From: Octopus vulgaris
Taxonomy: Eukaryota
Reading direction: 5' to 3'
Length of the DNA stretch: 64,000 bases
NCBI GenBank assembly: GCA_951406725.2
Contig: OX597823.1
Span: 60,140,001 to 60,204,000, forward strand
The position numbers and the translations under genes were made by a program. The notes below the pieces were generated by a model. That model worked only from the letters and a program-made list of their open reading frames with translations. It made no database searches and was not told the DNA's origin. The stretch's first letter is position 1. Each line of letters begins with the position of its first letter. Positions 50,320 through 63,530 of this stretch are shown piece after piece.

Positions 50320-52022
50320 CAGGGTTTCCTCCTCAAATTCATCATTATCAACTTCAATCACATCGATGTCAATCTCAAATTCATCATTGTCAACCTCAAT
50401 TTTATCAATTTCAGTTTCAGTTAAAATGTTACCTATCTTGAGTTCATCATTGTGATTTTAAATATCCTTACTGTCAGATGAATCATGTTTTTTTCTTTAT
50501 CAACATTGGCATCAGTGATTACTGCTTCCAGAACTGTTAAAAGAATGTAAACATTAAAATTTTTTTCCAAAGGATTACAAGTTTTGTATGATAAATATTG
50601 TTATACATACAATCAGTTCAATAGATGTAACTCTTTCATCCCATAAGCAGTCACCCTGTCTCTCGCCCCCTAAGCAGCCACAAGTTGCAGTTGCAGCAGC
50701 TCCCGGTCAAACAATCATATTATATACTGTATCATACACATATAAAACACTGCGAAGACAAAAATATTAGTTTGACATTTTGCTCATTGTTCCCACTTCT
50801 TTACTCTTTTAACATATTCTTAAAGAACTCCACACAATCTTCTTCAGTAATCAATCAGCCTGGTCTCAGTCAATATACATACTTACCTAAATACATACTA
50901 TTAATTGCTGGTAGGGGCATCGTATTTGGTTAAGCAACCATAATATACTATGAAATCAAACTAGATTGTGAAGACCTGTTGAGGCAAGTGAAATCGAAAT
51001 CGAAATCAAACTCGGTGACTGGCATCCGTTGCTAGTGGAGTGCTAAGAGTACCATATGAGTGAGATCGTTGCCAGAACAACAAGCTGGCCTCCGTGCTGA
51101 TGGCATGTTAAAAAGACCGTTTGAGTGTGATCCTTACCTGCATCGCCTTACAAGCACTTGTGCTGGTGGCACGTGAAAAAAAACATTCAAGCGGGGTCGT
51201 CGCCAGTGCCGCTGGACTGGCTCCTGTGCAGGTGGGACATAAAAAGCACCATTTGAGCGTGGCCGTTGCCAGTACTACCTGACTGGCTCTCGTGCCGGTG
51301 GCACGTAAAAGCACCCACTACACTCTCAAAGTAGTTGGCGTTAGGAAGGGCATCCATCTGTAGAAACTCTGCCAGATCAGATTGGAGTTTGGTTCAGCCA
51401 TCTGGTTTGCCAGACCTTAGTCAAATCGTCCAACCCATGCTAGCATGGAAAGCGGACGTTAAATGATGATGATGATGATGATATTAAAGGCTTGTAAGCC
51501 AATACTGTGCTCCACCTGTGTTAGCAGGGCAATTAACTCTGTAGAAATTACTTTAAAAGATGATTTTGCTGGAAGTTTTAGGAATATGTTATGAGAGTTA
51601 AAAAACAATTGGAATAATAGGTTAAATGATAAACAGATGTGATTTATGTGTTTGTTATACTGTATATGTATTTAGTATATTAAGCTGTTTAACATTTAAT
51701 GTACTTAATGATGTATATTTATAGTTATGAAAGATGTGACAATTTTTTATTATACAAAACAAGTAATCCCTTACAAAAACATTTTAATGTTTACATTGTT
51801 TTACTTATTCTGTGACAAGCGATTACTGATGTCAGTGTCTGTTCTTAAAAAAAAAAATTGCTTCATCCAACAGTTATGACATATACGTCAATGATGACAA
51901 AATCAAGACAAATGACAAGGTAACTGAGACAAGTGGATGAAATTGAAGCTAATGCTGACGAATTTGAAGTTGACATTGATGAAATTGAGGTTGATGATGT
52001 ATTTGAGTGGGAAAATCCTGTA
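50320..52022. mobile_element. Old element with ~290-bp diverged terminal inverted repeats
   Basis: AATGTAAACATTAAAAT/ATTTTAATGTTTACATT, GGATTAC..GTTTTGTATGATAAA/TTTATTATACAAAAC..GTAATCC and ATGTCAA..CAAATTC/GAATTTG..TTGACAT pair in nested order. Confidence 0.65.
50966..51481 (+). mobile_element. RTE 3' UTR fragment with subrepeats and (GAT)n tail
   Basis: TGTGAAGACCTGTTGAGGCAAGTGAAATC...GCATGGAAAGCGGACGTTAAATGATGAT. Confidence 0.88.
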
Positions 52023-52561
52023 AGAGTGGTTTCTCAATCACTAAGTTAAGTGACTCTAGAAACTTCAACTCAGTAACAGATACAGAGGAGAATTTAAAAT
52101 AAAATCAAGATTGTCTTTAAGTGTTTAGGGCCCAGTTGCTATTATAAAGGAGTCACCTCCAACTCCCAATGAAATGCGATGAAATTATATAATTCAAAGG
52201 CCAAATACCTCCTGGGCCCCAGTGCTGCAGCACCCTTGGCATCTGCTTTAAAATAGAAGCTGATGTAATGCAACTGGTGTGATACATAGAAAGTAAACCT
52301 TGAGATGGTAGGCCTATAGCAGCAATTGCAACCAACTGTGAATAATAAGAAAAGATAATCTCAAAGAATTAACAATTCTCTAGAATTAACATGCCCTTAA
52401 TGAAAAGACTGTTATATCTAGATGCTGAAAATTCAGCAACTGAAACTGTTATTCAATTTTAAGAACAGGCTTACTTGAGTTAGTTAAGAAATTTATATAT
52501 TGTGGAAGGAAGCAATTCACAAGTATATGAAGACAAGCAGTACAAGACTTCATTACATAAA

Positions 52562-52900
52562 TCATCATCATCATCATCATCATCATTTAATGTTCATTGT
52601 CCATGCTGGCATGGGCTGGACGATTTGACCAGAGCTGACAAGTTGGGGAGCTGCACCAGACTTCAATCTGACCTGGCATAGTTTCTACAGCCGGATGCCC
52701 TTCTTAACACCAATCACTTTGCAAACTATGCTGGGTCCCTTTTATGTGACACCACAAGGACACTTTCATGTGGCACTGCACAGGCATTTTTACATGGTGC
52801 CACACAGGTGCTTGTATGTTGCACTGCACGGGTGCTTTTATATGGCACCACACAAGCACTTTTACATCGTGCAATGCAGCCGATTTTACATGGAACTGCC
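52562..52900 (-). mobile_element. RTE 3' tail fragment with ~24-bp subrepeats
   Basis: (CAT)nTTAATGTTCATTGTCCATGCTGGCATGGGCTGGACG. Confidence 0.75.
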
Positions 52901-55900
52901 ATGAGTCCTTTTCACTACCAGTAGGACCAGTCTTAACACTTCTCCTGTGAAGTACAGGTGTTATGATGGATTTCTTTCAGTTTATATTTCGTTTTGGGAT
53001 TTGGTTTGCAAGATTCTTTATATGAGTTCATGTATTGAAGCATATTCTGTTGTGTCTGGGGAGAGTCATTTTCGTTTTGTGCCTTTTGCTTTAACTCATT
53101 CACCGGTAAAATTTCCCCTTATTTCTTATTTTTATTTTCCTAAAATTTTCATTGCGTCTTGCAACTTTTCAATAAGGCTTTAACTGACCTGAAAGTATCA
53201 CAGAAGACACTTTGGTTGACCCAAGGAAGACTGTGCACATGCAGAGAAACTGAATCCAGGACCATATGGTTGGGTAGTAAGATTCTGAATCACACAGCCA
53301 TGCCTTTGCTTGTTTAATTTTTACATCAAACATATACTAACCCTTGAATCAGGTGAAAATACCTATATATATAATTTCTTTTCTGGTTTTCAATAGGCAA
53401 GTTTTTATAGCCACAAACAGTAAAAATATACTTGAGGGACTATACTTGATTAAATGTATTAATGGATTAATGACAAGATTAAGTTTCAGTAGTTTTATAG
53501 TAAATCATTTTTATTAGCTCTTTTACATTAGCAAATATAGGGCTTTGGGATTCACTTGTGCCTGAATCCTTTGATTAAAGAAAAAAATCCTGTAAATTAT
53601 TTCCCATTAGGCAATCTCTAATCAACAACGGAACCTTGAATCAATAGTAAAGGGGATAAAGATATTAGCTTTTTTGCTGTCTTTTATTAATTTTATTATT
53701 ATTTTTTTTTATCCTGCTTTGATATAAAGAAGTTATGGCAACTAAGAGGTGTCAGCTGTCTGAACTAATGAATTTTATTGTAAATATATTACTATTTTTT
53801 TTATGCCCGTTATTCTGTTTCTTTTTATGCTTGTTATTCTATTTTTGAGCTCTTAGAATTCACAGTTCGGTTTTGTAACAGACATCAATTTTGTTCATTT
53901 AAAGTATCTTTAACATTTGCTTTGTATATTCCTATTTGCTAAATTGGAGATAGCTTATCTGTTAAAATACAGACTAATGCTCCATTTTGTTTTAATATAT
54001 TTTTTTTAATAATAAAGATAATTTTTTTTAAGGAAATAAGTTTATTGTCTGTTTACTTTTCTTTCTCTCTCTCTCACCTTTTTTTTTTTAAACATTAAGA
54101 AATACAACTTCTTAAGATTTTGAAGTGTTACAAAATTAATGGAAAATTGTAAATCATTTATCATATGGGTTGGTTTGGTAAAAATAGGAACTAGACTGGT
54201 ACAAAATTTCCTAAGTACTTAGCATAAATAAGAGATGCATTTCCCAAAATATTTCTGATCCAATCTATTCATTATCATCATGACCTGGTATATCTAGTAG
54301 GAAGCAATTATATCAAAACACAACAATAATTGCTAATATAGATTGTATTAAAACCTATTAATAACGTTCTCAAGATTTTCTTTTGTCTACGAAAAGTTCT
54401 TCTATACATTCACTGAAGAATTTGATTATAGTTTTGAAGAGATATCAAGTGGTTTTAAAGTCGAAAAGGAAATACTTTACAGAATTATGAAATTACAAAG
54501 AGTTAGTTTCATGGTAGAGTGTGCAAACAATAACCATTATGGCTTCTTGCTCTGAATTTTGCTGCCTTCATTCTGTGACTTTATGACCATTAATCAGGAG
54601 TCATATCTAGCCTTATCTGCCAAGTTTAGTCAGAGAATTTAGTTATTTGATGTACAATATTAGATGATATATTTATGTGTTTTGTATTCACATGACTCTG
54701 ATTTGTCTTACATGAATTTGTCACTACAGACTAGGACCATGAGATAAGACTATTATTAAAACTAGTATACTTTTTCTTTTTTTTGACGTTTCTCTTAACT
54801 GCTTATTATTTCGTCGATTCCCAATTCCTTCGCTAATGATCTCCTTACAAGCGAGCGTTTTTAACCCTATATGTGCCATTTATTCAGAGAGTCACTTTAC
54901 AGTCATTCTAAATAGCAGCCAAATCTCTCTCAAATCACACCCTACTGTCTAAACGGGGGGAAAAAAAATTAAGGATGCTTTAGATAATATCATCTCAGAT
55001 ACATTATATCTGTATAAATTGTAGGATGGTCTTGGAAGGAATGCTTTTGATCATACAGCTGCTTGATCAAGGTTGACTTGGGTTTAAACAACAACAACAA
55101 TAACAACTATTATTGTTGTTGTTGTTGTACACCTCCAAGAATGCCTTTGATCATTGGTGTGTTTGATCAAGGTTGACCTGGGGTTAAACAACAACAACAA
55201 CAACAAGAACTATTGTTATGTTGCACCTCTCCACTTCATGCTGCCTCTTTCACCGAAGTCTCTTTCTTCTTTATCTCAACAACACTTTTACCTCCTAATA
55301 TCATTTACAATTGATCAACAAAAACTGTTATCACATACTTCATAATAAATCTGACAACATGGTAATATTTTACAATAATGATTTTTCAGATGGTCAGATT
55401 CATTAAAGCTTTGCTTTCGCTAAGTTACTTTTGGTGGTAGGGAACGACTGGTTAGTCAAGGAGGGAAGGGCAGGGTGGTGGTGCCTATGATGCTTTGATT
55501 TTGCAGGGATTCCAAGATTGGTGAGTAAAAGGAATGAAATTATTCAAATGGTCATCGATCTGGCTTGAATTCAAACAAAAAACGGGTAAACTTTACTAAA
55601 GGCACCCAAAGACCACGTAGTAGTGTTAAACTAATAGATTAAGTCTTAACCCCCCCCCCCCCCAGTCTACCCACCCAACCCCGCCACCAAGTGGCAGCCA
55701 TTTAATTTAATTCAAATAGCCATTGATCTGGCTCAAATTCCGACAACAACAGGGCAAACTCTACTAAAGACACCTAAAGACCACATGGTAGGGAGTGAGA
55801 GATTATGTCTTCCCCACCCTCAAGCTGTGGCCCTTTATATTCTGAGTTCAAATACCAGTGAGGTCAACTTCATTTGTCATTCTTCTTGAGTCAATAAAAT

Positions 55901-55984
55901 GCAGTACCAGTCAAATACTGGAGTCAATTTAATCGTAAACACCCTCCTCTCTCAAAACATGTGAACTTGTGCTGAAATGTTCAG

Positions 55985-56197
55985 AGAAAGTGATCCTGGA
56001 GTAAGCGACATGAGCCACCCTTAGCCACCCCAAAAGTGGGTCTTCACTCTAAAAAAGTCTTGCTTGGTGTCTGGTGGGATTGGAAAGGAATTCTGTACTA
56101 TGAGCTTCTCCCAAGTAACCAGACAATTAATTCTGAGAAATACTGCAAACAACTGGATGGGTTAAAAGCAGCAATTCAAGAGAAACGTCCAGAATTG
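55985..56197 (+). pseudogene. Mariner transposase internal fragment
   Basis: KVGLHSKKVLLGVWWDWKGILYYELLPSNQTINSEKYCKQLDGLKAAIQEKRPEL. Confidence 0.85.
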
Positions 56198-56427
56198 TGA
56201 TCTAAATAAATTTTAATCACAATTGTGAATTGTGATCTAAACATATTACCACACTTAACCAACTGACCAACTAATCAACCAAACTATAACAAGGGGTTGG
56301 CTTTATGCCTTACCACGTCGTTATAATTATGTATATAATTATAAAATATTTTGGAAATTTTACCTAAAAGATTTTTATTTCTACACTGGCTACCTGGTAA
56401 AATTATTATTGATTTTACACTTTATTA

Positions 56428-56484
<57 letters not shown>

Positions 56485-56487
<3 letters not shown>

Positions 56488-56789
56488 GATCCATGATAGA
56501 AAATTCAACAAAAAAATGTACACTATCTGGTGAGAGATAAATATTATTTGTTTAAAGGTCACAATACATGTATTAAAGCACTAATAATAGTTTCAAATGT
56601 TGAGAAAACTCAAACATTTTTCTTCAGGCACAAACCACATATAACGAATGAAAGAAATTGAAGATTCAATTTCTTTAGTTTGTTATGATATGTGGTTGGC
56701 ATCTAAAGATATATGTTTGAGTTTTCTCAACATATGAAACTATTAGCAGCACTTTAATACATGTATTGTGACTTTCAGATAAATAATAT
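56485..56789 (-). mobile_element. Older fold-back Penelope-like element with decayed hammerheads
   Basis: Arms 56541-56661 and 56665-56789 around AAAGAAATTGAA-GA-TTCAATTTCTTT; tail 56485-56540 next to (TA)n; minus strand GTGC-CTGAAGA-stem II-GAAA-CTA. Confidence 0.72.
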
Positions 56790-56790
56790 A

Positions 56791-57676
56791 TTGGGTCATC
56801 CCATAAATAATGCGTTTTTTAATTTTAATTTTATTTTTCAGAATTAAGATGAACAAAGTTCTTTTTTATTAATCTAAAATATACTCTTCTTCATTTTCTA
56901 CAATGCTCTTCTATCTATCTGGTAGACTTGCAAGGTCCCCTCTTCCAAAATTCTTATGTCCATGATGAAAAATACTCCTCCAGTACTGTTCTGACCTCAT
57001 CTACAGAATTCAAATGATTTTGAAAACTGAAGAATGTCCAACGAATATGATGAGTGGGGCTTCATTTCCCATTCAAACTGCTCCAGCCTTTCGAATGTTA
57101 TCCTCGCTGTATGTGTCCGAACATTATCCTGATGGAAGACTACCTTTCATCTTGAAACCAAAGATGGTCGTTTTCTTCTAGCACAGGTGTTAATAAATGG
57201 TTGAATGACCAAATCCAAGTTTCTCTGCTAATTCCTCAACAGTTACGATGGGATTTTGTTCTACCAGGCTTTGCAGGACGTCCTCGTTGAGCCTTATTGA
57301 TCTTCCAGGATGAGGCTTGTCTTCTAGGCTGTAGCTTCCTGCTTGGAATATCTGGAACCACCGTTGACACGACTTATGCTTATTGTCCAATCCCCATATA
57401 TTGCATTAATATTCCTTGCACCTTTCATTGCATTGTTGTCTTCATTGAACTCGTAAAGCAAAATATGTTGAATATTCTACGTTGTCACCTCCATTATAGG
57501 TTTGAAAAAATAACTGTTTAAATCGAACTGCACTCTTCAATACTTGCACTAAGAATAAGTACAAGGTAAAATTACTACTTGCTCTTATAGCAAGTTGATG
57601 CAGGTAGTTTATCCCATCACTGCCCTGCCTTTTAGTTCATGCAATTGAAAAAAAAACACATTATTTATGGGATGAC

Positions 57677-57680
<4 letters not shown>
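56791..57680 (-). mobile_element. Mariner transposon, internally deleted
   Basis: TIRs TTGGGTCATCCCATAAATAATG / CATTATTTATGGGATGACCCAA, TA TSD; CQRWFQIFQAGSYSLEDKPHPGRS..QNPIVTVEELAEKLG. Confidence 0.93.
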
Positions 57681-57720
<40 letters not shown>

Positions 57721-58534
57721 AAGATATAGATATAGATATATAGATATATATATATACATATATATATATATACATATATATATATACATATATATATATA
57801 TACATACATATATATATATATATATATGTATTTATATATACAAGCATATATGTATATATACTTGCCACTAAGTATTTTTTGCCCGATATGCAAATATTAT
57901 GTGTGTGTGTGTGTGTGTATGTATCAGTGGTGACTCCAGCACTCAGGCCATTTGGACTTAGCCTGACTTCAAGTATGTAATTGTAACCCATAACTTGGGA
58001 GACCATTCATTGAGCCTGGTCACAGTTCATTTATTTTCATTTAGTGTCTGGTGGTTGTCTTAGAGGTGTGCCCTGTGTCAAGAAATATCATTCGTAGCAG
58101 ACATTCCCTTGACATCGTCCACACATGCCTGACTCAGACTCAGAAGTTACAGCCTAAGTTGTCATCTATAATCGTAAACATTAAAAGTATTTCAAATTCA
58201 ATGTTTTCTTGAAACAATAAATTTCAATAGAGATTAGCATTTAAATTTCAATCTATGAAAAGTTTCTGTTCTAAAACATTCTTAAAGGAATGAAAAATTC
58301 TTCCGCAACTCAGGTTAATACAAACGAGTTTGGTAGGTGTAAAAGACTAACTGGCATCTCTCGTCAAGAGTACAGGTGACAGTCAGATTACTGATGTTTG
58401 TTGTGTGCTCCTCTGTCATTATTTGATTGCTGTTATTCTGTACATCTGTGTGTAAAGATCCGCTGTGTTTTGTAGGGTTGCTTTATTTTTATCCTTAACA
58501 TAGAAATGGAGAAAAACACAGTACTAGATATAAA

Positions 58535-58903
58535 AAAACCTGGGACGAGGTGGTGAAGCACGACCTTCGAACTTTGGGTCTCACCAAGGAAATGACTAGA
58601 GACCGAGACCTATGGAAGTATGCTGTGTGTGAGAAGACCCAGCAAGACTAGTGAAAACATAACCTGTGGCCTACATACCTTTCCTTCTTGGGACACAAAA
58701 CTCCACTTGTGAAGACCCGTTGAGGCAAGTGAAAATCAAAATCAAAATCAAAATCAAACCAAATCAAATCCGATATCAGAAAGCAGAACCAAAATCGAAG
58801 TCGATCAACATCAATGGAAATTGCAGCTGTGGTACCAGTGCCTGTGACAAGTAAGCAAACCATCCGATTGTGGCCGTTGCCAGCGCTGCCCTGACTGGCC
58901 TCC
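58535..58903 (+). mobile_element. RTE fragment: ORF end plus proximal 3' UTR
   Basis: AAAACCTGGGACGAGGTGGTGAAGCACGACCTTCGAACTT matches the reverse complement of 25608-25725. Confidence 0.9.
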
Positions 58904-59644
58904 AATACATCAATACATTTGGGGCTAGAGATATTGCGAAAAAATGTGAAATTTTTCAAGCAGGCATGTGTTTTATGTGAATTTTGGGAGGAGCCCGAGT
59001 GATGAAATCTGTAATGAGCCCAAGTGACACGGATGACTGGAGTCACCTTTGATATATGTACACACACACACACATATATACACACATACATACAAGTTGT
59101 TTGGACTAAATTTGACGATATTTTATGCCCACTTTTCAGAAACAGCTTGACGTATTGGTAAACAGTCAAGTGCATGGGTGGGGCAATGGCACTGGAGTTA
59201 TTGGGGAAAAAATTAAGCTGACATGGAGGACTGGAAACCATTTGAATATTGGAAATCAGTCACCTACATCATAAGGATTCATGCCAGGCATCAAAATGCC
59301 AACATCATGTCTGCTACTCAATGTACTGTGAAGTCTATAAATGTCCATGGATAGATGCAGCGGAGACATATGTAATGTTTCACATAAACCACACCACTGT
59401 TGAATTAGGGAGCACACGAATATAGCAATTGTTTTGACAATTACCTGTATATAGAGGAGTTTTTGTTTCTATCTAGGTCTTTTGATAGAAACGATGGAGA
59501 TTTAGGTATTGTAAAAGCAATACTTATTAAACATTTGCAAAAACAGATTAAAAATCACCTTAAGCTTCTAAAACTGTCAATAGGTTATTGTACGATTTGA
59601 ATAACACTGCAATCTCATTCATATGAACACACACATCATCATTG

Positions 59645-59700
<56 letters not shown>

Positions 59701-60098
59701 GTCGTCATCATCATCAGTTACAACAGTGGTATTAACATACAGTATACCTCTGCACATGTCATAATTAATTTTGTGTTGTTTACAATTTACCTATTGGTTC
59801 AAGATTAGTGTTAGTTTAAATGAAAATGCAGAAGAAATATATATTGTTCTCCGACTTTTGCATTGTGACCTGTCTTTTATAAACTTCATATTTATATATT
59901 TATATATTAAGATGATAGTGACTCATGTAAACAACCACATCTTACAATATATGTAGTAAGTTATTTGTGGTAAACAAACTTTTCCTGAAATTCGAATGGT
60001 ATTGTCTGACATTTTTGTAGTATTTATAGCTATATCAATGCAATAGAAAAGATTTTCTTGTGAATCATAAAACCAAAATGGTAATAATTATCAATATC

Positions 60099-60318
60099 TT
60101 AACACTTTTGTTACAATATTTCTGTAGAAACATACCGTCATTGTTTCAATTAATTTACAAAATAATGAATTCAGTAAAATAACTGTGATTATGAAGCTGG
60201 TGTTTGGAACTTAAGTTACCATCTGTTGATTCTTTTCATTTAGATCACTTTAAAACAAAAAAGTTTGTATCATAGAACCAAGAGCAGACTCAGGAAGGCT
60301 GATATCTAAAATGGTTAA
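60099..60318 (-). mobile_element. TTAA-flanked MITE, diverged copy of 5234-5455
   Basis: TTAACACTTTTG..GATATCTAAAATGGTTAA. Confidence 0.55.
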
Positions 60319-60361
60319 GCTAATCCTAAGTGGCATTATTTTTCAAGCTATTTGCTTCTCT

Positions 60362-60868
60362 TCAGTGGCTGAGCATTCCACAGACACATGTACACATCTC
60401 AGGTAAATTCAGTGTGACAGATACTGTGACAAGGCTGGCCCTTTAAAATACAGGTGTAGCTCATTTTTGCCAGTTGAGCGAAATGGAGCATCATCATCAT
60501 CATCATCATTTAACGTCCGTTGTCCATGCTGGCATGGGTTGGACAGTTTGACTGGGCTGGCACACTGGAAGGTTGAACCAGGCTCCAGTCTGATTTGACA
60601 TGATTTTCTACAACTGGATGCCCTTCCTAACACCAACCACTTTGAGAGTGTAATGGGTGCTTTTACGTGCCACCAGCATGGGTGCCATTTGCATGACACC
60701 GGTATCTGCCATGACTGAGATTTTGCTCAGCTTGATGGGTGTTCTTCTCCACCTGTGAAAAAAAGTGAAAAATGTCTTGCTCAAGAACGCAATGTTCCAC
60801 TGGGAATTGAACTCATGACCATACAATTGTGAACCAAATACCCCTAACCACTGAGTCACATGCCTTCA
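60362..60868 (-). mobile_element. SINE family C interrupted by an RTE 3' tail (60488-60752)
   Basis: SINE body continues across the (CAT)nTTAACGTCCG.. insert. Confidence 0.75.
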
Positions 60869-61553
60869 CCATTATTCATTATAGTAAGTCAGATTAAATT
60901 ACTATATTAAAAGGAGAGTTATGAAGACCAAAATTAAGATATATAATTAGAAATGTTAATAAAAGATGGAAAGGAGAAATAGATAATAGAAAACCATATT
61001 CAGTGACTTAACAATAATTTAAATAATGCAAGAATAGTTAAATATAGTAGGAATTCATGAGGCAGAGAATTCCGTATTGTTATGGTGATAGAAGGTAATA
61101 ATCATTGGGGTGTCTAAGATAATGAGATTATTGTGTGCATGTAATAGATCTGTGTAAATTAGGAAAATTAATATATGAGGGCAAGAAAAAAATTTATGTT
61201 GTGGAAGAGAGTTAATATTATGAAAAATAATGTACAAATATGGTTGATAGTGATTCGTTTGAATTATAGTAACAAGGTATGTTACCAAAATATTGATTTA
61301 CTGTTAGATAGAGGTATGTGATTCTAATTATAAAGGCTTGGTTTTAGAATCTGTGTTATGGAGGGAAGAGAGATCTACACACATAATGGGTGTGGTTTAG
61401 GTTATTATTGTGTGGCTTTTGTTATATGAGGGGAGTATATGAGTGGGTATATGTAGTGATATAAGAATTAGTTGAATGTTGGATTTATAATGGGAAGAGA
61501 AGAGGTTTTTTTTTCAGGAGTATTGAGCATAATGTATCCATAGATGCATACTG

Positions 61554-61854
61554 GTGGAGGCACATGGCCTAGTGGTTAGAGCAGCGGATTCGTGGTTGAG
61601 GGATCACGGGTTCGAATCTCAGACCAGGCGGTGTGTGTGTTAATGAGTGAAACACCTAAGCACCATGCGGCTCCAGCAGAAGGTAACAGCGAACTTCAGC
61701 TGACTCTTTCGCCACAACTTTCTCTCACTCTTTCCTCCTGCATCTTGCAGCGCACCTGCGACGGACCGACATACCATCCAGGTGGGGAATATATATGCCA
61801 AGGAAACCAGGAAACCAGCCCTAATGAGCCAGGCATGGCTTGAGAAGGAACAAA
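61554..61854 (+). mobile_element. tRNA-derived SINE with perfect 15-bp TSD
   Basis: TGGCCTAGTGG A-box, GGTTCGAATC B-box; CATAGATGCATACTG at 61539-61553 and 61855-61869. Confidence 0.92.
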
Positions 61855-62335
61855 CATAGATGCATACTGTGAAATGTAATATTGAATATTCTTTGAGTTT
61901 ATGATAAATACATGATGTAAAAGAGAATTGGCTTTTGATGAGCGTTAGTGTATGCAGACGTTAAAATTAGATATTTCGTAAGATGTTGATAATTAGCAAG
62001 ATATTGTTAATTTCTAAACAGTGAGTTATGATTAAAATACAATATTATGCAAAATTCCATGGAAAAAACTGCATAGCTAGTAAAATATATATAATTTGCA
62101 AAAGGAAGGGAATATTAATGAGAAAGAGGGAAAAAAATGGATCAAAGTTGAAAAGAAATGTCTGGAGTATGAATAACAAACAAGAAAATACTTTGATCCT
62201 TCTTTGTTTGTTTGTTTCTTTTCTTTTCTTTTCTTTCTTTTAACAAATGATTTAACTGAGTAACAGTTTGAAGTTTTCTAAATGTGTTAGTGAATAAAAC
62301 AATAAGTAACAAGTAATATCTAAAGAAATTTGTCA

Positions 62336-62757
62336 TAGGCATAGGAGTGGCTGTGTTGTATGTAGCTTGCTTACAAACCACATGGTTCTGGGTTCAGTCC
62401 CACTGCATGACACCCAGGGGAAGTGTCTTCTACTATAGCCTTGGGCTGACCAAAGCCTTGTGAGTGGATATGTTAGATGGAAACTGAAAGAAGCCCTTCG
62501 TATATATATATATATGTATGTATGTGTGTGTGTATATATGTTTGTGTCTGTGTTTGTACCCTTCAACATCGCTTGACAACTGATGCTGGTGTGATTACGT
62601 CCCCGTAACTTAGCGGTTCAGCAAAAGAGACTGATAGAATAAGTACTAGGCTTACAAAGAATAAGTCCTGGGTTCGATTTGCTCGACTAAATGCGGTGCC
62701 CCAGCATGGCCACAGTCAAATGACTGAAACAGGTAAAAGAGTAAAAGAGAGTAAAGA
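62336..62757 (+). mobile_element. SINE family A, full length
   Basis: Colinear with 800-1181. Confidence 0.9.
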
Positions 62758-63124
62758 GTTCACCTCATGGTCCCAGAAAATTATATCAAAGTAGAGATAC
62801 CCGTGCCAGTAGAATATATATAAAAACAAAAGACAGCTCTATTTAAAATCAAAAATACAGTAACTTAAAGAAAGAATGAATGCTAAATGGTAGTTATATT
62901 ACTCAAATATAAAGATATACAAATGTAGGGGCATTGTCAAAAATGCTGTTAGGAATGAATATATGAATAAATAATCGAATACATATATGAGTGTGTGAGT
63001 GTATGACAATAGATATTTACTTGAATATGCATGTTTTAGTATTTAGTGCAAAATGGTTTCCACAGTTTAAAAGACTGTTGCAATTATTCAGGGTATACAT
63101 GCAAGTGTTGTGTGTATGTTTATT

Positions 63125-63530
63125 CTTTTACTCTTTTACTTGTTTCAGTCATTTGACTGTAGCCATGCTGGAGCACCACCTTTAGTGGAGCAAATCGACC
63201 CCAGGACTTATTCTTTGTAAGCCTAGTACTTATTCTATCAGTCTCTTTTGCTGAACAGCTAAGTTATGGGGACGTAAACACACCAGCATTGGTTGTTAAG
63301 CGATGTTGGGGGGACAAACACAGACACACAAACATACACACACACACACATATATATACATATATACGACGGGCTTATTTTAGTTTCTGCCTACCAAATT
63401 CACTCACAAGGCTTTGGTCGACCTGAGACTATAGTAGAAGACACTTGCCCAAGGTGCCACACAGTGGAACTGAACCCGGAACCATGTGATTCGTAAGCAA
63501 GCTACTTACCACACAGCCACTCCTATGCCT
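63125..63530 (-). mobile_element. SINE family A, full length
   Basis: Reverse-complement match. Confidence 0.9.

Noticed and set aside
61060-62020. Possible decayed Penelope ORF around the SINE insertion
   Set aside because: Only compositional resemblance; no motif could be read with confidence
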